Source: Actinomycetes bacterium
GTDB taxonomy: Bacteria > Actinomycetota > Acidimicrobiia > Acidimicrobiales > CADCSY01
Reading direction: 5' to 3'
Length of the DNA stretch: 64,000 bases
Assembly (NCBI GenBank): GCA_031399525.1
Contig: JANNOZ010000002.1
Coordinates: forward strand, 56,085-120,084
Notes under the pieces: generated by a model
Database searches by the model: none
The model's input: only the letters and a program-made list of their open reading frames with translations
What the model was told of the DNA's origin: nothing
Translations under genes and position numbers: made by a program
Shown: piece by piece, positions 1 through 7,607 of the stretch
Layout of the letters: every line of letters starts with the position of its first letter
Numbering within the stretch: position 1 is the stretch's first letter

Positions 1-554
1 TTGCCGGCGTGACCGGAGACGAGGACCTCTTCGGGATCGACGTCGGTGGTGACCCCGTCGGGCAGGACCAGGTCGGCCACCCGAATGGCGCCGCCCACCG
101 TGAGCGCGGTGACGTCGACGGTGATGGCGTCGGGGATGTCGCCCGGGCGGGCCGAGATGGTCAGCGAGTACAGCGACTGGTCGACCAGGCCGCCCTCGTT
201 GTTGATGTCCCGGGACTCGCCCTCGATCACCACCGGCACCTCGACGGTGACCGTCTCGGTCCGGCTCACCAGGATGAAATCGACGTGGGTCACGACGTTG
301 CGCACCGGGTCGCGCTGGAGGTCCTTGACCAGGCTGAGCTTGCTGTCGCCGTCGATGTCGAGGTTGATCAGCGCATTGGTTCCGGCGTCGGTGGTCAGCA
401 CACCCCGCAGCTCGCGGCGGTCGATGACCACGTGGGTCGGGTCGGAACCCCGCCCGTACACCACGGCCGGGATTTTCCCTTCGGCTCGCAGCCGACGGGC
501 CGAACGGGTCCCCGACGGGGTGCGGGTCTCGGTGGAAAGGGTCAGCTCAGCCAT
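1..554 (-). CDS. rplY: 50S ribosomal protein L25 / general stress protein Ctc (runs off the window edge; not in ORF track)
   Basis: Manual translation from ATG at 554: MAELT...RTPSGTRSARRLRAEGKIPAVVYGRG...VKDLQRDPVRNVVTHVDF; downstream of prs as in the conserved operon. Confidence 0.93.
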   Translation of the reverse strand, partial: MAELTLSTETRTPSGTRSARRLRAEGKIPAVVYGRGSDPTHVVIDRRELRGVLTTDAGTNALINLDIDGDSKLSLVKDLQRDPVRNVVTHVDFILVSRTETVTVEVPVVIEGESRDINNEGGLVDQSLYSLTISARPGDIPDAITVDVTALTVGGAIRVADLVLPDGVTTDVDPEEVLVSGHAG

Positions 555-633
555 GGCGCGCTCGATCGTGGGACGGACTTGCGGAAGGCCAGCCAGCATA
601 GGTCGCCCCACCTACCAGGGGAGACTCGGCGAG

Positions 634-1617
634 CTAGAGCTGGTTGTCGCCGCCGAAGAGCTCGGAGACCGAGGTGTCCTCGAACACTGCGTCGATCGCA
701 TCAGCGATGAGGCGGGCGATGGAGAGCTCCACGAGCTTGTCGAGCTGCTTCTCCTCGGGCAACGGCAGCGTGTTGGTCACCACCACCCGATCGAGGACCG
801 AGTTCTTCAGCCGATCGGTGGCCGGGTCGGAGAACAGCCCGTGGGTGGCCACCGCCCACACGTCGGAGGCGCCATGAGCCTTGAGCTGCTCGGCCGCGGC
901 ACAGATCGTGCCCGCGGTGTCGATCATGTCGTCGATGAGGATGCAGTTGCGCCCGTCGACCTCACCCACCACATCGCGGGCCTCGACCTGGTTGTGCATG
1001 CCCTTGGGCCGGCGCTTGTGCACGATGGCCAGGTCGGCGTTGAGGTGTTGGGCCATGCGCTCGGCCACCTTGACCCGCCCGGCATCCGGCGCCACGACCA
1101 CCAGATCGGCGCCGGCATGCTCGAGCACGTAGTCGACCAACACCGGCATGGCCGTGAGATGGTCGACTGGGCCGTCGAAGAATCCCTGGATCTGGCCCGA
1201 GTGCAAGTCGACACTGACCACTCGATCGGCGCCGGCCGCCGACAGGAGGTCGGCAACCAGCTTGGCCGTGATGGGCTCGCGGCCCTCGGCCTTGCGGTCC
1301 TGACGGGAGTAGCCGTAATACGGGCACACCGCCGTGATGCGCTTGGCCGACGCCCGCTTGGCCGCGTCGATCATGATCAGGTGTTCCATCAGCGAGTCGT
1401 TCACCGACCGACCCCCACTGTCGGAGTGGGTCTGCATGATGAAGACGTCGGCCCCCCGAACCGAGTCGCCGAACCGGCAGCGGATCTCGGAGTTGGCGAA
1501 GTCGATCAGGTTGGTCTCGCCCAGCGTGATGCCAAGGTGTTGGGCCACCTCTTCGGCCAGCCCCGGATGGGTCCGGCCGGTCAGCAGTTGCAGTGTCTTC
1601 TTGCTGAGCAGCTCCAT
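634..1617 (-). CDS. prs: Ribose-phosphate pyrophosphokinase
   Basis: PYYGYSRQDRK, DLHSGQIQGFF, VVAPDAG and LIDDMIDTAGT motifs. Confidence 0.97.
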   Translation of the reverse strand: MELLSKKTLQLLTGRTHPGLAEEVAQHLGITLGETNLIDFANSEIRCRFGDSVRGADVFIMQTHSDSGGRSVNDSLMEHLIMIDAAKRASAKRITAVCPYYGYSRQDRKAEGREPITAKLVADLLSAAGADRVVSVDLHSGQIQGFFDGPVDHLTAMPVLVDYVLEHAGADLVVVAPDAGRVKVAERMAQHLNADLAIVHKRRPKGMHNQVEARDVVGEVDGRNCILIDDMIDTAGTICAAAEQLKAHGASDVWAVATHGLFSDPATDRLKNSVLDRVVVTNTLPLPEEKQLDKLVELSIARLIADAIDAVFEDTSVSELFGGDNQL

Positions 1618-1625
1618 CGGCGTCC

Positions 1626-2738
1626 CTACCGGTCGGTGTCCGGGTCCGGAGCATAGAAGGGCCCCGTCACTGCACCTGCCCCGATAACCGTGCCCGGGCG
1701 CAGCGTGGCGAATGGGCCGACCACGGCACCGGCGCCGATCTGGGCCTGGACGCCCACCGTCTGGCGAACGACTGCGTCGGCGCCGACCGCGCAGTCGGTC
1801 AGCTCACTGTGAGGGCCCACCGTGGCGCCGGCGGCCACGGTGGTCCGTCCCGACAGGATCGTTCCCGGAGCCACGGTGGCCCCCGACGCCAGGGTGACGC
1901 CCACCTCGACGTAGGAGCTAGCCGGATCGATCATGCGCACCCCCGAGCTCAACCAGTCGTCGTTGATGCGACGGCGCACCTCGGCCTCGGCGGCCGCCAG
2001 TTGGCTCGGGTCGTTGACCCCGCCGACCTCGATCGGATCGGCGGCGATCATGGCCTCGACCCGGTGCCCGGCGTCGGCGAGGACCCCCACGACGTCGGTC
2101 AGGTAGTACTCACCCTGGGCGTTGGCCGGGGTGATCCGGCGCAGGGCTGGAGCCAGGAAGCTGCGCCGGAAGCAGTAGACCGAGGTGCCCACTTCGTCGA
2201 CCGCCAGCTGGTCAGGCGAGGCGTCGCGTTGTTCGACGATGGCCACCACGTTGCCGTCGCGACCCCGCATCACCCGGCCGTATCCCGTCGGATCGTCGAG
2301 TTGGGCGGTGAGCAGGGTGGCCGCAGCCCCCAGCTGACGGTGGCGGGTGACCAGCTCGACGAGTGTTTCGGTGCGCAAGAGGGGTGAGTCGCCGGGCAGG
2401 ACCAGCACGTCGCCGTCGTTCTCGACATCGAGTTCGTCGTCGGGCAGCGCGGCCAGCGCCACCAGCACGGCGTCGCCGGTGCCCCGACGCACGGTCTGAT
2501 CGACGAACACGGGCGATGCGCCCTCGGGCCCGTCTTCGAGGATCGCCTTGGTGACCAAGTCGCCTTGATGGCCGACCACCACCACGGTCAACTCGCTACG
2601 CAGCGGCGCCGCGGCGTGCAGGACGTGGGCAACCATTGCTCTCCCACACAGTTGGTGCAGCGGCTTGGCCACCGGCGACGACATCCGGGTGCCCGCCCCA
2701 GCCGCCAGCACGACCGTGGCCAAGGTCCGTTCCGCCAT
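1626..2738 (-). CDS. glmU: GlmU-like N-acetylglucosamine-1-phosphate uridyltransferase with a shortened hexapeptide (acetyltransferase) domain
   Basis: LAAGAGTRM, GTGDAV, GYGRV, NAQGEYYLTD and GVND motifs; only 370 aa; directly upstream of prs. Confidence 0.9.
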   Translation of the reverse strand: MAERTLATVVLAAGAGTRMSSPVAKPLHQLCGRAMVAHVLHAAAPLRSELTVVVVGHQGDLVTKAILEDGPEGASPVFVDQTVRRGTGDAVLVALAALPDDELDVENDGDVLVLPGDSPLLRTETLVELVTRHRQLGAAATLLTAQLDDPTGYGRVMRGRDGNVVAIVEQRDASPDQLAVDEVGTSVYCFRRSFLAPALRRITPANAQGEYYLTDVVGVLADAGHRVEAMIAADPIEVGGVNDPSQLAAAEAEVRRRINDDWLSSGVRMIDPASSYVEVGVTLASGATVAPGTILSGRTTVAAGATVGPHSELTDCAVGADAVVRQTVGVQAQIGAGAVVGPFATLRPGTVIGAGAVTGPFYAPDPDTDR

Positions 2739-2794
2739 GGTTTGGAGGGTAGCGCTGACCTTCCCCGCCCAGCCCTACCCCGCCCGAGCCCTAC

Positions 2795-2910
2795 CCCACC
2801 GAACTCGGATCACCGCCTCTCGCAAGCCGAACTCGGCTCAATGACTGTCGGAACCCGACAGCTATGTATCCGAGTTCGCAAGGCGACAGGTATCGATCCG
2901 AGTTCGTGGG
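2795..2910. repeat. Nested palindromic element (about 115 bp) built from CGAACTCGG units
   Basis: CGAACTCGGATC 2800-2811 / GATCCGAGTTCG 2895-2906; CGAACTCGG 2828-2836 / CCGAGTTCG 2870-2878; CTGTCGG 2845-2851 / CCGACAG 2855-2861; all share one axis at 2853. Confidence 0.85.
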
Positions 2911-2944
2911 CGGCGGGCGACCGGGGCGCCCGAACCGACGGTGG

Positions 2945-3727
2945 TCAGCGGGTGGTCGTCGTGGTGTCGAGGCCCTTGAACACCGCCGCCGCAGTGGCCA
3001 AGTCGGCGTCCTGCACCCGCTGGAACACGATTCGGTGGCCTTCGTCGCTCAGGTTCTGGCCGTCGCCTGCGCCGTAGTAAGCCACGATCGTGCCGTCATC
3101 GGCGGCCACGGTCGACCAGAAGTCGAGGGCCCGTTCGCCGTAGGTCGCCTCGATGGCGTCCCGAAGTTCGGCCAGTTGGTCCAGACCCGCCTGGTCGAGG
3201 TCGCGGGGCTGGCTGGTCGTGATCCACACGGGCACCCCGGCCTCGCTGGCCGTGTCGACGATGGTGGCGTAGTTGCGCAGTTGCTCGGCGACGCTGAATC
3301 CCTGGGCGGTGTCTTCGGTGGGCAGGTTCACGATGATGGCGTCGGGGTTCGCGTCGAGCGCGGCGGTGATGTTGTGCTCGGGATCGACCGCCGGCTTGCC
3401 GGCGTTCGCCGTGCCGGTGGGCAACACGTTGTAGGTCGTGAAACCGGCAACCGCCAGGTTCAGGACCTCGTTGTCGGGGTTCTGAGCCGCCAGCGCACTG
3501 CGGTAACGGGTGACCCAGCCGTTGAACGGATCGGTCACACCCTGACCGGTGGCGGTCGACGAACCCAGCACAACGACCCGGAACACGCCGGTGTAGGTGT
3601 AGGCCGAGGTCGAGGTGGTCGAGCCGGGTGCGTCACCGGTGGTCGCAGGCGGAGTCGAGCTCGTGGCGCACGCCGCGCCCAGCAGACCCAGCAGAAAGAC
3701 GAGGACGACGACGTGACGACGGGACAT
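2945..3727 (-). CDS. SGNH/GDSL-family lipoprotein with a degenerate catalytic motif
   Basis: Lipobox LGAAC; block I VVLGSSTATG; block V DGQNLS in place of DxxHP. Confidence 0.8.
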   Translation of the reverse strand: MSRRHVVVLVFLLGLLGAACATSSTPPATTGDAPGSTTSTSAYTYTGVFRVVVLGSSTATGQGVTDPFNGWVTRYRSALAAQNPDNEVLNLAVAGFTTYNVLPTGTANAGKPAVDPEHNITAALDANPDAIIVNLPTEDTAQGFSVAEQLRNYATIVDTASEAGVPVWITTSQPRDLDQAGLDQLAELRDAIEATYGERALDFWSTVAADDGTIVAYYGAGDGQNLSDEGHRIVFQRVQDADLATAAAVFKGLDTTTTTR

Positions 3728-3756
3728 GGCGCACTTGATTAGCAGATGGTCGGCTG

Positions 3757-3817
3757 CTCAGAACTCCTCGAAGACCTCGTCGGGAGGCGGAGCACCGTTC
3801 TGGGCCAGCACAGCGGC
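3757..3817. repeat. Direct repeat copy A: displaced copy of the 3' end of the 7548..9563 gene
   Basis: 61 bp matching 7547-7607; first 37 bp identical, 4 mismatches in total. Confidence 0.92.
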
Positions 3818-3835
3818 ACCCACGGAGCGGGCAAG

Positions 3836-4501
3836 ATGGATCCCGTGCCCGCTGCGCCCGACGAGCCCGGTGCGCCGCCGCGTCGACGACCCGGGCGGCC
3901 CCGGCGCCCCGGTGCGGACGAGTCGATCCTCGCCGCCGCCGAGGAACTGCTCATCGAGCGGGGCTTCGACGGCCTGTCGATCGAGGACGTGGCGACCCGG
4001 GCCGGCGTGGCCAAGACCACCCTGTACCGGCGGTGGCACTCGAAGGAGGAGCTGGTCCTCCACGTGCTGGCCGCCAGCGCCGAGGCCGACGCCGTCGTCA
4101 CGCCGACCGGTGACACCCGTGCCGACCTGGTGCAGTTCCTCTCGGCGACGATCTCCCTGGCGCGCGGGGAGGCCAACGGCTCGATGGCCCGTGTCGTGGG
4201 GCGGGCCAAGCTCGACGGCCGGCTGGCCGAGAACCTCCGCTTCATGCTGCTCGCCCCCCAGCGCGAGCGGTTCCGGGCCATCCTCCGGCACGGCATCGAG
4301 CAGGGGGAGCTGCGAGCCGACCTCGATTTCGTCCTCGTGCACCAGATGCTCCAGGGCCCGGCCCTGCACCTCGACACGTTCGGTGCCGACCCGTCCCTAG
4401 TCGACGGCGGCCGGACCGTGGACGAGCCCGAGGTGCTGGCGGCCCGGATCGTCGACCTCATGTGGCCGGCGCTGCTTGCGGCTCCCAAAGGCCACGCCTA
4501 G
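3836..4501 (+). CDS. TetR/AcrR family transcriptional regulator
   Basis: HTH: ILAAAEELLIERGFDGLSIEDVATRAGVAKTTLYRRWHSKEEL; start approximate. Confidence 0.92.
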   Translation: MDPVPAAPDEPGAPPRRRPGRPRRPGADESILAAAEELLIERGFDGLSIEDVATRAGVAKTTLYRRWHSKEELVLHVLAASAEADAVVTPTGDTRADLVQFLSATISLARGEANGSMARVVGRAKLDGRLAENLRFMLLAPQRERFRAILRHGIEQGELRADLDFVLVHQMLQGPALHLDTFGADPSLVDGGRTVDEPEVLAARIVDLMWPALLAAPKGHA

Positions 4502-4581
4502 TCTCGCACCGACATTTCGACACGTCGATGCGAAACATCGATGCGCAACCCGGGGGAGTCCGGGAGAGAGGGGGTGCTGCC

Positions 4582-6159
4582 GTGCGACGGGAGCGACGTG
4601 GCCTCACCGGCCTGGTGGTGACGATCGTGCTGGCCCTGGTCCTGGCCGCCTGTGGTGGCGGGGACGGCGGCGGTGCCGAGGGCGCCGACGACGAGGGCGG
4701 CGGCGGCCCTTCGGGCACGCTGCGGGTCGGCTTCAGCCAGCCCAACTCCGGGTTCGACACCCACGTTGGGGTCGGCGACGGTGCCCTGCCGTTCCTGCGG
4801 CCGGTCTACGACAACCTCATTATGCGCGACGGGGCCAACTACGAGCCCTGGCTCGCCACCGACTGGACCTACGACGAGGCCGAGCTCACGTGGACCTTCA
4901 CGATCCGCGAGGGGGTGACCTTCACCGACGGCACCCGACTCGACGCCGCCGCCGTGGGTGCCAACCTCGAACGGGGCAAGGAGAAGTCCCTCGCCGGTGA
5001 GAACACCTCGCGTGCCCTCGCCGCCATCGAGTCGACCGAGGCGGTCGACGCCACGACGCTCGTCGTCCGCTTCGCCCAGCCCTACGTCGCCTTCATCTCC
5101 GAGCTGGCGACCCGGCCGGGCCTCATCATGAGCCCCGCCGCCTTCGACAGCCCCGACCTGGTGGATGTGCCGGTCGGATCCGGTCCGTGGAAGCTTGTGC
5201 CCGGCGAGACCGTGGTCGACAGCACCTACGTCTACGAGCTGAACGAGGACTACTGGAACCCCGAGGCCCAGGGCGTGTCCCGGATCGAGATCAACGTCTA
5301 CCTCGAGGGCGCCGCGGCCGTGAACGCCCTGCGCTCGGGCCAGGTCGACATGACGAGCCTCGACCCGGTCCAGGCCGTCGACGTCGAGGCCGACGCCGAC
5401 CTGTCGTTCCTGACCGTCCCCAACGCCACCTACGGGTTCATGGTGCTCGACCGGGAGGGCAAGAAGGTCGAGGCCCTGGGGGATCCCCGGGTCCGCCGGG
5501 CGATGGCCATGTCGATCGACCGCGAGGCGTTCATCGACGCGATCCTCGGCGGCTTCGGCTCGCCGTCGGCCCAAACCGTTGGTGAGGGGGTGGTGGGCTA
5601 TCAGGCCGAACTGGACGAGGAGCTCGCCTACGACCCCGACGCCGCCCGGGAGCTGCTCGAGGAGGCCGGGTACCCGGACGGGTTCTCAATGACGGTGCCC
5701 ACCAACGACGAGTTCAGTGACGCCCTCCAGGCCATCCAGGGCTTCTTCGGCGAGATCGGCATCGACATGGAGCTGGTCCAATTGGACCAGACGAGCTACT
5801 TGGCCTTCCCGACGACGGACCAGTACCCGCTGTTCTTCGGGAGCTTCCCGCTGGCCAACAACGAGGCGGTCTTCACCAACTCGTGGCGGAGCTTCGGCCC
5901 CGGCGGCCTGCTGAACGGCTTCGACAACGAAGACGCCGACGTCACCGCCGTCCTGCAGGAGGCCCAGACCCTTCCCGATCCCGCCGACCGCGTCGAGCTC
6001 AACGAGGAGCTGGTCGCCCTCGGTGCCCAGGAGGGCTACTGGATCGTGGCTGCCATCGGCGAGCGGCTCACGGCGGTCCGCGACACGGTCGTGTCGGGTG
6101 TCGACTGGACCGGGAGCGACCCGCTGCCCCCGTTCTACGGCGTGACGGTGTCGTCGTGA
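4582..6159 (+). CDS. ABC transporter substrate-binding lipoprotein (family 5, Opp/Dpp-like), orphan
   Basis: Lipobox LAAC; PWLATDW, TFTIREGVTFTDG, PVGSGPW, DPRVRRAMAMSIDR, YDPDAARELLEEAG. Confidence 0.92.
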   Translation: MRRERRGLTGLVVTIVLALVLAACGGGDGGGAEGADDEGGGGPSGTLRVGFSQPNSGFDTHVGVGDGALPFLRPVYDNLIMRDGANYEPWLATDWTYDEAELTWTFTIREGVTFTDGTRLDAAAVGANLERGKEKSLAGENTSRALAAIESTEAVDATTLVVRFAQPYVAFISELATRPGLIMSPAAFDSPDLVDVPVGSGPWKLVPGETVVDSTYVYELNEDYWNPEAQGVSRIEINVYLEGAAAVNALRSGQVDMTSLDPVQAVDVEADADLSFLTVPNATYGFMVLDREGKKVEALGDPRVRRAMAMSIDREAFIDAILGGFGSPSAQTVGEGVVGYQAELDEELAYDPDAARELLEEAGYPDGFSMTVPTNDEFSDALQAIQGFFGEIGIDMELVQLDQTSYLAFPTTDQYPLFFGSFPLANNEAVFTNSWRSFGPGGLLNGFDNEDADVTAVLQEAQTLPDPADRVELNEELVALGAQEGYWIVAAIGERLTAVRDTVVSGVDWTGSDPLPPFYGVTVSS

Positions 6160-6173
6160 CCCGAGGGGGGCCG

Positions 6174-7262
6174 ATGGACGGAGTCGCACAGCACACCGAT
6201 GCCGACGCGGGGTCCGACCGGGCCCCGCGTCGGCGGCTCAGCGTGAGCATGTCGAACGGGTTCTTCCCCGACGGCGAGCTGCACCGGATCGTGGAGGTGG
6301 CGCGGATCGCCGACGAGGTCGGCATCGACGACCTCTCGGTGCCCGACCACGTCGTGCTCGGCACCCACAACGAGGGCTTCTTCCACAATCCGGAGGAGCC
6401 CTGGTTGGAGCCTCTCACGACGCTCGGGGCGTATGCCTCGGCGACGCAACGGATCCGGTTGTGCACCGGCATCTGCATCGCCCCGCTGCGGCCGGCCGCG
6501 CTGCTGGCCAAGCAGGCGGCGACGGTCGACGTCCTGTCCCAGGGCCGCCTGGTGCTCGGCGTGAGCACGAGCTGGTCGGCCGACGAGTACGGCGTGCTCG
6601 GCGTCGACTTCGCCTCCCGGGGCCAGCGCCTCACCGACACCATCGGTGCCGCCCAGGCGCTCTGGCGCGACACCCCGGCGTCGTTCGAGTCGCCCACGGT
6701 GACGTTCGAGGACGCCTACCTGATGCCCAAGCCCGTCCAACCCGACGGCCCGCCGGTGTGGTTCGGGGGGCGCTTCACGTCCCGCCTGGTCCACCGTGTC
6801 GGCACCCTAGGCAGCGGCTGGATGCCCTTCGGGCACTCCCTCGACGAGATCGCCGAGGGGCGGGCGGTGCTGGCCGAGGCCATGGCCGCCGCCGGTCGTG
6901 ACCCGGCACAGCTCGAGGTCACGGGCATTCTCTGGCCGCTCACGGCCGACGGGACGCTGGCCCGCAAGGGCGACACGATCGACATCGCCCGCAGCTTGGA
7001 AGGGGTGGCGCCGCTGGCCGCCGCCGGCGTCGACGTCGTGGGCTTCGCCCTCCACTACTACTGCAGCGGCCCCAACGACGTCGCCGAGGTCCTCGGGGCC
7101 CTGGCCGAGGGCTTCGCCGCCTACCGCCACGCCTCGACCGAGGAGCTGGTCTCGGCCCTGGGGGACGGGCCGGCGCACTACGCCCAGGCCCGCCAGGGCC
7201 AGGCGGCGGCGCACCGCAGCATCATCCGCAGCCGGATCAGCGAGGGATTTGCCGAGTCCTGA
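6174..7262 (+). CDS. LLM-class (luciferase-like, probably F420-dependent) oxidoreductase
   Basis: VPDHVV, EPLTTLG, LLAKQAATVDVLSQGRLVLGV and PKPVQ motifs. Confidence 0.9.
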   Translation: MDGVAQHTDADAGSDRAPRRRLSVSMSNGFFPDGELHRIVEVARIADEVGIDDLSVPDHVVLGTHNEGFFHNPEEPWLEPLTTLGAYASATQRIRLCTGICIAPLRPAALLAKQAATVDVLSQGRLVLGVSTSWSADEYGVLGVDFASRGQRLTDTIGAAQALWRDTPASFESPTVTFEDAYLMPKPVQPDGPPVWFGGRFTSRLVHRVGTLGSGWMPFGHSLDEIAEGRAVLAEAMAAAGRDPAQLEVTGILWPLTADGTLARKGDTIDIARSLEGVAPLAAAGVDVVGFALHYYCSGPNDVAEVLGALAEGFAAYRHASTEELVSALGDGPAHYAQARQGQAAAHRSIIRSRISEGFAES

Positions 7263-7295
7263 CTGGCCGCGAGTGACCGACGAGGAGGAGCGAGC

Positions 7296-7476
7296 ATGCC
7301 GTTCGTGCAGGTGACCATGGCCGAAGGCCGGACCGACGAGCAGAAGCGGGGCGTTGCTGGAGGGCATCGTCGAGGTCGTCACCCGGACGACGGGGGCGGC
7401 GCCCGATGCCGTCAACGTGACCATCCTCGACCTTCCCCGCCACCAGATCGCCTCCAAGGGCGTCCCGCTGGCCTAG
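7296..7476 (+). pseudogene. 4-oxalocrotonate tautomerase family protein with a +1 frameshift
   Basis: MPFVQVTMAEGRTDEQKR continues, after an extra G in GGGG at 7348-7351, as ALLEGIVEVVTRTTGAAPDAVNVTILDLPRHQIASKGVPLA*; strong GAGGAGG SD; span is 181 nt. Confidence 0.85.
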
Positions 7477-7546
7477 GCGGCCCCCCGGGCGGCCATCTGC
7501 TCATGTGTCAGCCCCATCTCAGGCCTCCTTCGGGCGCACGGTGCGC

Positions 7547-7607
7547 CTCAGAACTCCTCGAAGACCTCGTCGGGAGGCGGAGCGGCGTCCTGGGCCAGCA
7601 CGGCGGC
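7547..7607. repeat. Direct repeat copy B (3' end of the membrane protein gene)
   Basis: Matches 3757-3817; the two copies encode AAVLAQ(DA/NG)APPPDEVFEEF* on the minus strand. Confidence 0.92.

Noticed and set aside
2765-2910. Possible mini-CRISPR array
   Set aside because: Units are 9-12 bp and inverted, with no unique spacers and no cas genes.
3738-7503. 15-bp imperfect inverted repeat (3738-3752 / 7489-7503) as cassette terminal repeats
   Set aside because: Two mismatches, and one copy lies outside the direct repeat; could be chance.
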